Positions 32,969 to 43,942 of a stretch of DNA of 64,000 nucleotides are shown here, piece by piece. This DNA is from Hormiphora californensis (Eukaryota > Animalia > Ctenophora): the NCBI GenBank assembly GCA_020137815.1, contig CM035360.1, positions 3,410,001-3,474,000 of the forward strand, read 5' to 3'. Each line of letters opens with the position of its first letter. Position 1 is the first letter of the stretch. The translations under genes were made by a program, and so were the position numbers. The notes beneath the pieces were generated by a model. That model saw only the letters and a list, made by a program, of their open reading frames with translations. It was not told where the DNA came from and did no database searches.

Positions 32969-35900
32969 ACCTCTTTGTTTTTAAAAAGAGCGGGTGGTCC
33001 CAGAACATACAAGACGTCCACTTAGCTGCCATGATTGGCGTATACTATATTCCTAGAAGACTGCCTCGCCATGCTAGTACCATTCCCCTCTGTCCCGTTA
33101 ATAGGTTGAGGGAGAGGGCATGCCTATATCGACCTTTATCAGGCATAATCTTTAATTGTACTGCTACATTGCTGGCAGTCTGGATCTGACAGCTCAAGAC
33201 TTGAGTGCTCGATTTGTACACTAGCAGCGCTCGTTAGGATGCCACAACGGCTACAGCTACTTTTGTACATTCACATCTTTTAGGGACGTGAGCACAACAG
33301 ACTTTTACTTCATAGGCATAGCCATGCCAGGAGAGAGAGATGAGAGGAGGAGAGTTAAAAGCATCCAAGAGGACACACCCCTGACTTACGTTACGATGCC
33401 GGCTCACGAACATGGACAGGAAATCCGCGAGACTCCCAGAGGACACAAACGCAAATCAGCAACATGCAGGGACGAGACCTGCCAGAGGACCGTAACTAGA
33501 GATCAGAATGCACGAACTGATTGATGTCCAATCGATCCCTGCTCCCACGAAGCAGACCGATGCTAGACCGATGCACACGGAGACCTTGAGCTAGCAGACT
33601 AACATGCCATCTGACAGATACCAGGCACATCATTGCAGAGACGTCATCCAGGGGGCCACAACAGAACAGCATGTTATTCCCGCATAAGAAGCGCCACGCA
33701 GAGGACGCAGATAGAGAGAGTACGAAGAGAGGAGACCGAGAGGAGCGAAGGCGGAGGAATACGATCAACGCGCACAGTCTGCCAAGACAAGGAAGAAGAG
33801 AGCGAAGATGAGAGAGAGGAGATGAGAACCGGCATGGACAGAAGCAACGGACCCGGAGGGAACGAGCGAGAAAGAGATGAGGAGAGACGAGGAGAGAGAG
33901 AGGGAGACTAGGAGGACAGGGATAGGGAGCAGGGAGATGAGAGGAGAGGGAGAGAGAGAGAGAGAGAGAGAGAGAATTTAGGTCATGAAAGCCTCATATC
34001 ACGTGACTTACCTAAAGTTTTCTCTATGCCCCCTGAAAGACGGCTTGATGGGCGAATTCTGGTCTGAAGCCCGAACGGTATTAGAATGTACGATATTCAC
34101 TTTCTAGATCTCCACGGTTTCCCTTTAGACGGGAAAATAACACCAGATGCGTGTCACAAGGAGTCACTCGATAAAGTATTGTGCTGGGGACACACTCCCA
34201 CTCCCTACTGCGTCTCACACCTGGAGATTGGAAAACAGGTGACTTTATAACTAGGGATCACACCTGAAAATTGAGTCAGCCAATTAATGAGTGCCTAGCC
34301 ATCACCCTGGTTGAGACAACATGACTATTTTCTGCTGTGCTGTCTGTAAATCGAATAAATAGCATGGTTAAAAAGAGTGATTTGAAGGACATAAAGTTAA
34401 CTGAAAGTCAGAGACAGATCCTGCGTGCTCAGTAAATTAGCAATCAATTAGTAGTTACTAATAGTAGTAATAATTACCACTATACTAGTGTACCTGTAAT
34501 GTTGTCCAACGATGAATACATCCAGCCTACCATCGCATTTCCACTAGTCGGAGGTTACATTCCCGTCAAATATTGATAGTTGTCCGTTTGACCAGGTAGA
34601 AACACTGGGGTTAGCTTTGTGGAAGTTAGTGTGAGGGGTGTAGTTTGCAGTGTGAGGATAGTGTTGTGTGTTCCTGGTTGTTGTTCGTGTGTTGTGTGCC
34701 AGGATGAGTGACAGTGTTTCAGTATCCCGTGCACCGTGTGTCCCAGTAATTAAAGCGGGTATTGACCCTGTGATTTCAGCACTCATGGTTAAGTATGCAT
34801 CTTTTGCGTCCGCTCGCGTCTGCAGCAATGTTACAGTGTACAAACCAAAAAAAGCAAACAGACAGACAAACCAACAAAAAGCCAGACAAACAAACACAAC
34901 AAACAAACAAAACAAAACAAACAAACAAACAAAACAAACAAACAAACAAGCAAGCAAACAAACATGTTATGTAATATGTACATGAAACTCATGTTGAGTC
35001 CCTGATTGAGCGTCCTGTTTTGTAAGTGGAGGGCCATCTTTTCGTGGCATGTCTCATCGTATTTCTCTTTTCTGGTTGCTGAGTTCAAACAAACTCTTCC
35101 TGAAAAATGGTACGTCGCGTGTTACCTTGCCCGACAAAATTTGTACAAGGGGTTTAAAACAAGTTGCGGGAGTTTATACTTAATACAGCATGCCCGTCTA
35201 GTGTACTACATAGTCAGATGACTTTGCCGTCCAGTATACTTAATAGTCAAGAGCCTTGACCCGTCCAGTGTAATTACATAGTCAGATGCCCGCCCGTCCA
35301 GTATGTACTTACATAGTCAGATGCCTTGCCGTCAGGTACGTACATAGTCAGAGTGCTGCCACGTCCATACTGTTACTTACATAGTCAGATGCTCTGCCCG
35401 TCCAATACACCGCGGTAGAAGAACCCATGGCTTGTTAGGTACACCAAACTCTCCCGGGCAACACGTTTCCAATATAACTGGAGGTATATGGGTTATAGTT
35501 AAGGTTACTGTAATGATAGTTAATAACAGTTGTAGTAATTAATAACCAGCACTATGAAGTAATTATAGTAAGTAAAATTTATTATGTGAAATAACTGGGA
35601 AGCTGATGCTGTAAGGGTAAGTAAATGGTTCCTATTTATTAGTAAGGCGTTCAAGTTATTAGTAAGTTCCTAGTTACATACCAGGCAGTAGAGCGAAAAT
35701 GACCAGTTCCAATAAGGAGAATGTTCATAATACCACCTATAGTTGCGGGGACTGAGGGCACTGTACTGATGTGCATTAGTCGCAAGACAGGCCAGGCGAG
35801 GGAAGGGGGAATAGTATGAGGGGTTGGTTGCGAAGGGGAAAATGAATTTCAGGTTACAATTCAGGATGTTAAGTTAGGGTGCAGTGTTTACCTCGATAAC

Positions 35901-38900
35901 CCGTCTTCAAATGGTTAAGATCCAGTCCATAGACAGAGTCCTGTCATAGGGGAACGCGAGACAACCCATATACACCGCTCTGGTATTGGGTGGAGGGTGG
36001 TTAGTAAACAGTCATGGGGCCCCAACAGTTCAGAATTGATCTACTGAACCCTCACAGAGCGCCACTGTGTGAGCCACACAAGCTCAGAAATATATGCTTA
36101 CGAGTGTGGTTGCTTGTAGGTAACACTATGGTTAGGGCAGATATGTGCGTAAATCATCAAATGATTATAAACGTGGAACCTTGTTGTGTGGATTAGATGA
36201 CCTGAGTTAGTAGAATAGTTGCCTGGGTAACGATGTTAACGATCTTTCTATCAATTTTGGGAGAGTAACCATGGTAAACTATAGTACTCACGATGCCAAA
36301 AAAGAGGAACATTGTAAAGAAGGTTTGGGAAAGGAGAGAGAAGAAATACCAAGATTAGGAAGCCATCAGTGGTAGTGAAATATCCAAAAAACTGAAATTA
36401 GAGAGTGTTACCATGGAAAACCTGATTAATAAACAGTGCATAGATATTATCCCTCAACACGTAATAGGGTTGAACTTGATCGTGACCGAACCTTGAGGAT
36501 GACTGTCAGCAGAGAAGAAGTAAAGAAGACTATAGAGAATCGCTGTAGTACACCAGGCGGCCCCACATGATCGTGTCAGATAACCCCATCATCCGCATCG
36601 TCTCCCTCATCTTACCACACTTCTCCTGCCCATTAAAATATTTTATAAAGGAGCAGTACCAGTTCCTGTACGGATTTGGTTTCGGGGACAACTAAAACGG
36701 GACTGGCTAAACGATCAGGAAAGCGATTAGGGGGAGGGTTAGGGTCATGCCTGGTTATATTCAACATTTATTAGTGTGTTACCTACCCCTATTATATCGG
36801 TGGCAACAGATTTTCCGCTGATCATAGAGCTATGATGAAGGCCAAAGGGAAGGGAATAATATCGGCATGACATACGTTACAAAATATCATCAGAACTCTC
36901 AGGTTCTGGCGTGGTCTGAAATGGGAAGTTGTATTACATACATTGACACTTGCACTAGAGAAAGTGGGAAGTGGGAAATTGACTGGGAAGTGTGAAGGGA
37001 CCCTCAAAGGAGGGTTTCAAAACCAGAACAATATACAAACATTAAAAGAGTACACAAATCTACTAAAATGACTGATTTACTGAATTTTTTTACCCTAAGA
37101 AGCGTCGTAGCTGGTAGAAAAGTTGCACCCTTGTATTTTAGTATTGCCAGCCGATCATTTGTTGTACGCCAGGAATCCTGGAGTCGTATCTAAATGGTGG
37201 TCATGATTATGTTGTATCTAAATGGTTGTCATGGTACTGTCGTACTAAATGGTTGTCATGCAGTTACTGTTGTATCTAAATGGTTGTCATGGTTACTGTT
37301 GTATCTAAATGGTTGTCATGGTTACTGTTGTATCTAAATGGTTGTCATTGTATCTAACTCTAAAAACATACATTCTAAAATCTAAAGTCTATATCACACT
37401 ACTTACGTGTCACTGCTGAAAGAAAAGGCTCCTGAACCAGTTTCAAACAGGTCTTTTATACCAAATGAATTATACTCTACATAGCCGTCATCAGTTTCAG
37501 TAGACCCTAGAAAAAGTTGGTACAGTCTGACCCCGATTTAGGGACAACCTCGGGGGAAAGGCTCTTGTCCACTAAATGGGTGTGGTGTCCATTTAAATCG
37601 GGGTCAAATAGTAATTTCCTATATCGGGGGAAAAAAATCCTGTCCCTAATGCGGGGGCCACTAAACGGGGGGCCCTAAATCGGGGTCCGACTGTAGTATG
37701 ATAGATCTAGTTGTGCACGCCATTCGGCGCCATTAATTTTCGCCAATTGGCGCCACGTGGCGAATCCATTTAGCAATCGCCATTGTTCGCCATTCGCCAA
37801 ATGTTGGCGATAAATCGCCAGTGGCGATGCGAATAAGTCCGGGAAAATACATTCACATCGACAAATGGCGCCACATGACGATTTGGCGACAATATTTTAT
37901 TGATTTTCAAAGCAGAGCACTCGTCTTTCGGCGCCATTCGTCGTCATTTGGTGCCATTTGGCGATACTTCGCACTCGTTAGATTTTGGCGCCATTTGACA
38001 TTTGTTGGCCGTGTCATATCATTTGGCGCCAAATGGTGCAAAAAAACTAGATCTATCATACTAGCGAAAAAGTAAAAGTTGTTACAGAATTAAGTTAACA
38101 AGATAGATAACTCCTTCAGTTAGATGTTCACAAATAAATGAATTACCTTGAACTATACTGACAGTGTATTTAATATCTTGATCCGTTAGTGTATCAAATA
38201 CACCTGAAACAAAGAACATATTATAGTAACCTTAGTTAATCCATTGAATATATAGCAATAAATAGCCTTGCTTATATACAATTTAACGACTAGCCTTGTT
38301 TAAAACTATATTGTATACCAGCTATTATAGATGTGGGGTTGCTGGCATGGTAGGTTTTCAAATCCTCCGTTGTCGGAAATATCAGGAACGTTGGTTCACC
38401 AGATTCATTGCTGAAATCAATTTAACCGTTAACACACCAACATATAACTCGTAACTAAATCGGACGACTGTTTCAAAAAAACACTTCTTACATTTTCTCG
38501 ACAACATCAGTATAGTTGCTATTTTTGTCTATGATTGTTACAGTCGTGTACTGTCGAATGTAGATTCTTTACTGTACACCTCCAGTTTGTTGGCTTCATT
38601 CACAATTTTCTCAACTGAAAAGAAATGGGTGTGATGCACATCATATCAGTTTGGATTAGCTGCCATTAATTCACAAAATCCCACCATCACAAACCTTCGT
38701 CAGAGTAGGGTGCGAAAGCATAGACGTACGATCCGTGAAGGCTAATACTCCAAATATTAAACTCAGTTTGTGGCTGAGATGTGGTTTCTGGGGGGGGGGG
38801 GGGGGTTGATTACAGGGTCGGGTTGATCGAGTCGGTAAATGGAGTTGGTAGAGAAAAAGAACTACGCGTGTTAGCGGCAATTTTGTCGGCATAGAATCTG

Positions 38901-39551
38901 TTGTAGAACGTGTAATGATGAAAGTGCTAGGAAATTCTTTTCGCATAGCTCCAATTTCTACCGACTATTCTTACCGACTCGATCATCCCGACCCCGTAAT
39001 CCGCCCTATCAGTGTAAATAATTTAGTTATACATTAGGTTATAAAGAAATTAGAACATACAATATGCTTCGTCATATATTGGCCGGGCGCACAGCACCGC
39101 CCAAAACGTTGTCCACGACAACAAAGACACACTCTGCTGACATAAAATGCTTTTTGGACGTCGTGGACAACGCTTTGAGCAGTGCTATACGGCCCGCCAA
39201 TATGACGACTGTTAGACAGATGGTTGTAATTTTCATATTTTCTTTACCAAGGCAGCTCCACTCTGGTTTCATGCTCATCCTATTTCTCTAAGAAACTGAA
39301 TGCGAGATGCAGATCACCACTGAGGCAAAGAGTAATTCGAGAGGACCGTACCTTTTTTGCCACTGAAAGAATTTACACGATGATAATCAAACTTACTAGC
39401 AACAAGTTGAATAGTGGTAACCAAACAATAGCAAAGGTAATTAATTAAGTAATTAATTAATAAGGGTAATTAAACACGCAGTCCAGTCTTACCAGGAGCA
39501 GGAAATTCTTTCTCGTTAGGAATAAGAGCTGGTTAGCCTCCGTCCAGCCAT
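32969..39551 (-). CDS. 5' portion of an ABCA-subfamily lipid transporter gene (indel-ridden)
   Basis: Exon 39551-39492 reads MAGRRL(N)QLLFLTRKNFLLL after one indel, matching ABCA QLxLLLxKN. Exon ~39362-39249 gives W.K..LELL..LRNR..PEWSC. Exon ~34010-34220 gives LF..GNRGD..Y..GF. Exon ~32969-33185 gives VAVQLKIMP. No nucleotide-binding domain is visible. Confidence 0.55.
34848..34965. repeat. (CAAA)n-type simple repeat
   Basis: Visible run. Confidence 0.9.
35175..35405. repeat. ~35-bp minisatellite (TACTTACATAGTCAGATGCC..CCGTCCAG)
   Basis: About 6-7 degenerate units. Confidence 0.85.
37185..37357. repeat. ~29-bp minisatellite (GTTGTATCTAAATGGTTGTCATGGTTACT)
   Basis: About 6 units. Confidence 0.9.
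37523..37693. mobile_element. pogo/Tc1-mariner-like MITE
   Basis: TA-CAGTCTGACCCCGATTTAGGG...CCCTAAATCGGGGTCCGACTG-TA; TA TSD on both sides. Confidence 0.88.
37694..38063. mobile_element. MITE with 19-bp TIRs and GGCGCCA-rich interior
   Basis: TAGTATGATAGATCTAGTT / AACTAGATCTATCATACTA; many TGGCG/CGCCA motifs; no clear TSD. Confidence 0.82.
38808..39001. mobile_element. MITE with ~31-bp imperfect TIRs
   Basis: GATTACAGGGTCGGGTTGATCGAGTCGGTAA / TTACCGACTCGATCATCCCGACCCCGTAATC. Confidence 0.8.
39069..39208. mobile_element. Palindromic MITE-like element
   Basis: ~50-bp imperfect arms, including CGTTGTCCACGAC / GTCGTGGACAACG. Confidence 0.7.
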
Positions 39552-40000
39552 GGCACCACTGTTCCAATATATACCACTGTTCCAATATATAACTTTCAAA
39601 TAACCACTGTTCCAATATACACCACTGTTTTCCAATATATACCACTGTGCTCTTAGCCGGTCATATCTGTGTTAAAAAGTAAATGACAATATCCAGTGTT
39701 CATTGACTCAATCAGTAGACTACTAGGGTAGGGTGAGAGAAACGATCATATATAATTGGTGCTTATTTTAAAGTTTGGTGTATAAAGATCAAACATTTCA
39801 CATGTAACACCGCAATTAAATCGTATATACTCACACTAGTAAACGGAAACGGGCCCTTTTTTATGAAGCTTAATGTAATCTTTAAATCAACTAAAACGTA
39901 CGAGTAATTACTAAAACTAGGGTTAACAAGTTTCAAGTTCAAGACAAAACAACAACTTTATTTCAGTCTTGGTCCATTTCAGAAGCGAGGTTTCAGACAA

Positions 40001-40801
40001 TTAGCTACTCTTGATTTTCTTGCCAGCGCCGATAAATGGTAGCAAACAGGGGTGTTCTCCATATACCTCACATACTCCTCCTCATCCCCACCACTTTTCA
40101 ATACCAGACTTCTCCAGCATTGGAACTCCAGAAAGATAGGTTATCTGGAGAGCCGTTAGGGTGGGACACAGAACGGAGAGAGGTAGGCGAGGGGTGAGGT
40201 GAAGAAGGGTACCGCAGCGAGCCACAATCGTACCATAGTACCATTTCTCCGAAATAGTTGGGGTGACGTGAGATACTCCACAGACCTGTCGTTATGAACC
40301 TTCCCTTGTTAGACGGGTCGGCACGGAACATGGTTTTCTGGTAGTCCGCAACAGTTTCAAATACCAAACCAAACAGGTAGAGGGACCAACCGATCGTGGA
40401 GAGAACTTCCCTTTCTGCGTTGACCGAGCTACCTTGGAAGACAAAGATAGATGGAATCATGTTGAGATATACCCACGCTCCTGAATCATCCAGACTTTGA
40501 AAAACCTCGATTTATCTTTTTTGATTTCCCTAAATCGTTTGTCTTCTCCCTCTTTCAGAACTCGTGCAAGGAGGAAGGTGCCAAGTTTCCCGGCCCAAAG
40601 GCAGATACAACTGCACTGGATGAACTTGAACTTTTCGAGGGTTTCATCTGTATTTTGGTAGTACGAAACCGTGCCACACAGAATGAAAGTTAGGGAACCA
40701 ACGAAATCAAAGAATTTCTCGGTGTCAAGAAGTAGAGCAACCGATCCGAAAAGAGCCTGAATACCGAAGTCCAGTAAGAAAATAAGCCCGAACAAATCCA
40801 T
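40001..40801 (-). CDS. Intronless DUF1295 / steroid 5-alpha-reductase-like membrane protein (split by probable sequencing indels)
   Basis: TEKFFDFVGSLTF, GEDKRF, ETVADYQK, GLWSISRHPNYFGE. One extra G near 40480 restores IQGAWVYLNMIP. C-terminal LSGVPMLEK and LLPFIG appear in shifted frames, ending at TAA 40001-40003. Confidence 0.88.
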
Positions 40802-42936
40802 GATGCCGGTCCCGGGCTCCCCTACTCCCTAATGAGAAAGGAGTTATTAGCGGTACAAAAGACATAACATACCCATAGCGACGGGGGGGGGGGGGGGGGG
40901 GTTCGGGATAAGTGGTTTCAACAGGCATCCACAAAAATTTAGTAGTAAAAAAAATTTTTCCACCCGTCCCCCTTACTTTTTTCTACACTTTACTGATACG
41001 TTAGGATCTGGGTGTTTTGTGGCATGTTTACAGGTGTCCATTGCCAAAAAAGTCCCGGGTACCTGCAGAAAGTCCGTTTAAAGCGATTGACCCGTTTTTT
41101 GGGAAATTTTGGCGCAGCGCGTGTATTTAAAAAGGGGGGAAATCCTAAATTTTCCAGGAATCTCAGGTCAAGTCGTTTGAAAAAACGCCTTTAAAATGAA
41201 TCAACCCGCCAAACCTCACCTTTTGGGCTAACCCAAAGTTATTAAAGGGAAATGTAAAGGGCCCAAACCCAAAAACCCAAAACCCAAACCAAATCCAAAA
41301 CCGTACTTTAGCCCTTCCCCAAAAAATAAATACCGTGACTGTGACACCCAATTGGAAAAACGTTGCGGCCCCGTTTACGCGCGGCGGGATAAGGGCAGCG
41401 CTTTCAAAATCCAAACACCCAGTTTTAAAGACTTCCCGTTTTTTTAAAGTCGGATTTTTTGAAGTTGTCCCCCCCCTCTTCGTGGCGGAATGTTTTGCGG
41501 ACTCAATTTTTAACGGGGGGGTGCGCGTAAAAAATTGTAAATTTCAATGCGCAGTCATAGAGATTACAAATTTAAAGGGGAAGAACACCACCTTTTCCCT
41601 TTTGGTTGTCATGGTAACGAGAAGGTGTCAAATTGGAAAGAGTGTGATAATCCCCCCGTGGGTTTCTCCGTAAATTTCCAAACCCCGACTAATAAGGCCC
41701 CCCCTTGTTACACCTCGCTTTGATATGGCTTCATTGATAATGGGGGTGTGATAACCCCCCCGTGGGTTCTTCCGTAACATTTCCAAAATTTTCCCATGAT
41801 TTAAAAAGGGCCCCCCGTTAATTACACACTGCTTTGATATGGTTCATCTAGAGACCTGTGTTTGGTTAGAATGGTGTATATGCCCTTCCATGGACCCTTT
41901 TTCACCCAAATAGAATAGGGGTTTTTTGTTGTACCCATAATTTACAAGATCCCCCGAAAGTGTACACGGAGTAGCAGCAGCCCACACCGGTATACTACTA
42001 AAAAAACAAATTTTTAATATTTTTGAATACAATTTAAAAAATTTCCCCAAAATACAATATTGTTAAAAAATCACTGATTTTTAAAAAACAATTAAGTATT
42101 ATTATTTCAAACGTCTATGTCTTTTGCATTTCCTGTGGTGGGCTTGGATTGAAGTTTAGCTTTTTGGAGATTCACCCGCAGGAGGCCACCTTTAGTTAGG
42201 GGCGGGGGGCTTTTTGAATTGGAAAAAAAAAACGAAAACCCGCAAATTTCTTCACCCAAAGTATCCCAATGGTCCCCAGGAACACCAAAAGTTTTGTCCG
42301 GTGGGATGAAGGGCGAGGGTCCCTTTCCCGGGTTTTTATGCATGCGCGTCAAGTATGTGGGGGGGACACAAAAATCGGAAAAAAAAAATTTGGGGTTTTT
42401 GGGCCCGGAAAAAAAGGGCTACCCCGACCCGGAAACCCCGTGTTTTGTGGGGGGGTTTTTAGCATGTCAAATTTATGATTAAAACCCTTTTCTAATGAGA
42501 AAATTCTAATTACGAAATAATTATCGAAAAATTGTAAAATTGGAGTTTTGACCCAGAAAAAAAAAACTATTCCCACCGGAATCATCGTTTTGTGGGGGTA
42601 GGCAGGTCAAAATTTACCCTCAACCCATTTATAATGAGATAATTGCATAATTAGTGACCAATTATCGACAAACTTTAAAAAAGAGTTTTTTTAAAACCCG
42701 GGAAAAAAGGCCCCGGTAATACCCCTCCCCTCCTACCTGATACCCCTCAGACCCTGCTTATATACCCCTTAATCCCACTAAAAAACTCCTCTAAAACCCA
42801 CAGGTAGCCCTCTGACCCCCACCCCATCCCCCCAGACCCTCCCAGATACCTTACTGATAAAAACCCCTTATTACCGAAAACCCTTAGAATGCCAGCACCC
42901 CCCAAACCCCAAATTTGATACCCTCTGATCCACCCT

Positions 42937-43493
42937 TTTTAAGATGAGTCTTTCAAGAGCTGTGGCAGGGGGATGCAAAGGGCTGGGATGAGGCCGTTGC
43001 TGTACAATCCGCAAACCGACCAACGATGCCGGGGGGTCAAAGAGATACAGCGATATAAAAGGGGGCAATAAAATGAAATGCTAAATACAAAGTAAAAATA
43101 GAAACTACGTTCAAGTGTCTCAAACTCAAGAGTCTCTCTGATGCACAGTTGGGTATCGGTGCAGCGTCCCCGAGAATGATTCGTCACATCCTTTTATAAT
43201 CCATCCATCGTCTCTGCAGAACTCCGTGACCTTCGTGTCTCCAATCTCGTGACCAACGGGGAGTAGTTTTAACATCGTCGTATCGCTGGTGCTAACTCCG
43301 ATAAGCGGTTGTTCTGTCATCATGATGTCAACTCTGCTAAGAGCATACTGCTTAGTGGGCGCGACCTTTATGCTGAGATAAGAAACTTTTAACTATGGCT
43401 ACTGTGTAGTGCTGGGAATAAACCTGCTTTACATGAGAGCCTGTTTAGGATAAAACCTGTTTGTCTGTTCGAATGACAAACCATGTTACAACA
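42937..43493 (-). repeat. 3' LTR
   Basis: Near-identical to 49388-49954; outer ~60 bp noisy. Confidence 0.92.
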
Positions 43494-43942
43494 GATCCTT
43501 CTCTTTTAATTTGAGCGCTTTTCTTCGTTCTTATTGGGCGAAGAAAAGTGCTCAACGTTTCATTCACGTCAAGCTGCTCTGAAACTAAACTGTTCAAAAT
43601 GGTTGTGGCTACTGCCACTGGTGTTCCTGGGCTACGTGCCCGACCAAAGCTGTCATCATAATAATCATGGCTGTACAATTTGCATCACTGTTTTTTTTAC
43701 TTTTTTAACTGTTCACAACTGTACAACTGTTTACTTTATTGCAGGTTTTCTGTTGCTAGTTTTTGGGTTTATTACCCGATTCACGTTGAAACGGAGAAGA
43801 CTGTACAATTTCTGCTCTGCCGTGGATCGCAAAACAACTGTTTAGCAACTATTCCTCCTGCATTAGACTAGAACCCATTCCGCATAACCAAGATACGTAT
43901 CCTCAGGGTGGTAGTAAACAGTGCACAAATACCAAATCAGGA

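Noticed and set aside
32318-37357. Tandem arrays as CRISPR
   Set aside because: No unique spacers, no cas genes, eukaryotic context; these are minisatellites.
40001-40801. DUF1295 gene as pseudogene or programmed frameshift
   Set aside because: Single-base indels, at least some at short homopolymers, next to a visibly noisy region; assembly error is more likely.
41000-42900. Multiple overlapping K/G/F/P-rich ORFs (also 50500-52050)
   Set aside because: Products of homopolymer-inflated repeat sequence.
43126-43323. 65-aa ORF present in both LTRs (also 49580-49780)
   Set aside because: Duplicated only because the LTRs are near-identical; overlaps the TATA-like box and has no recognisable motif.
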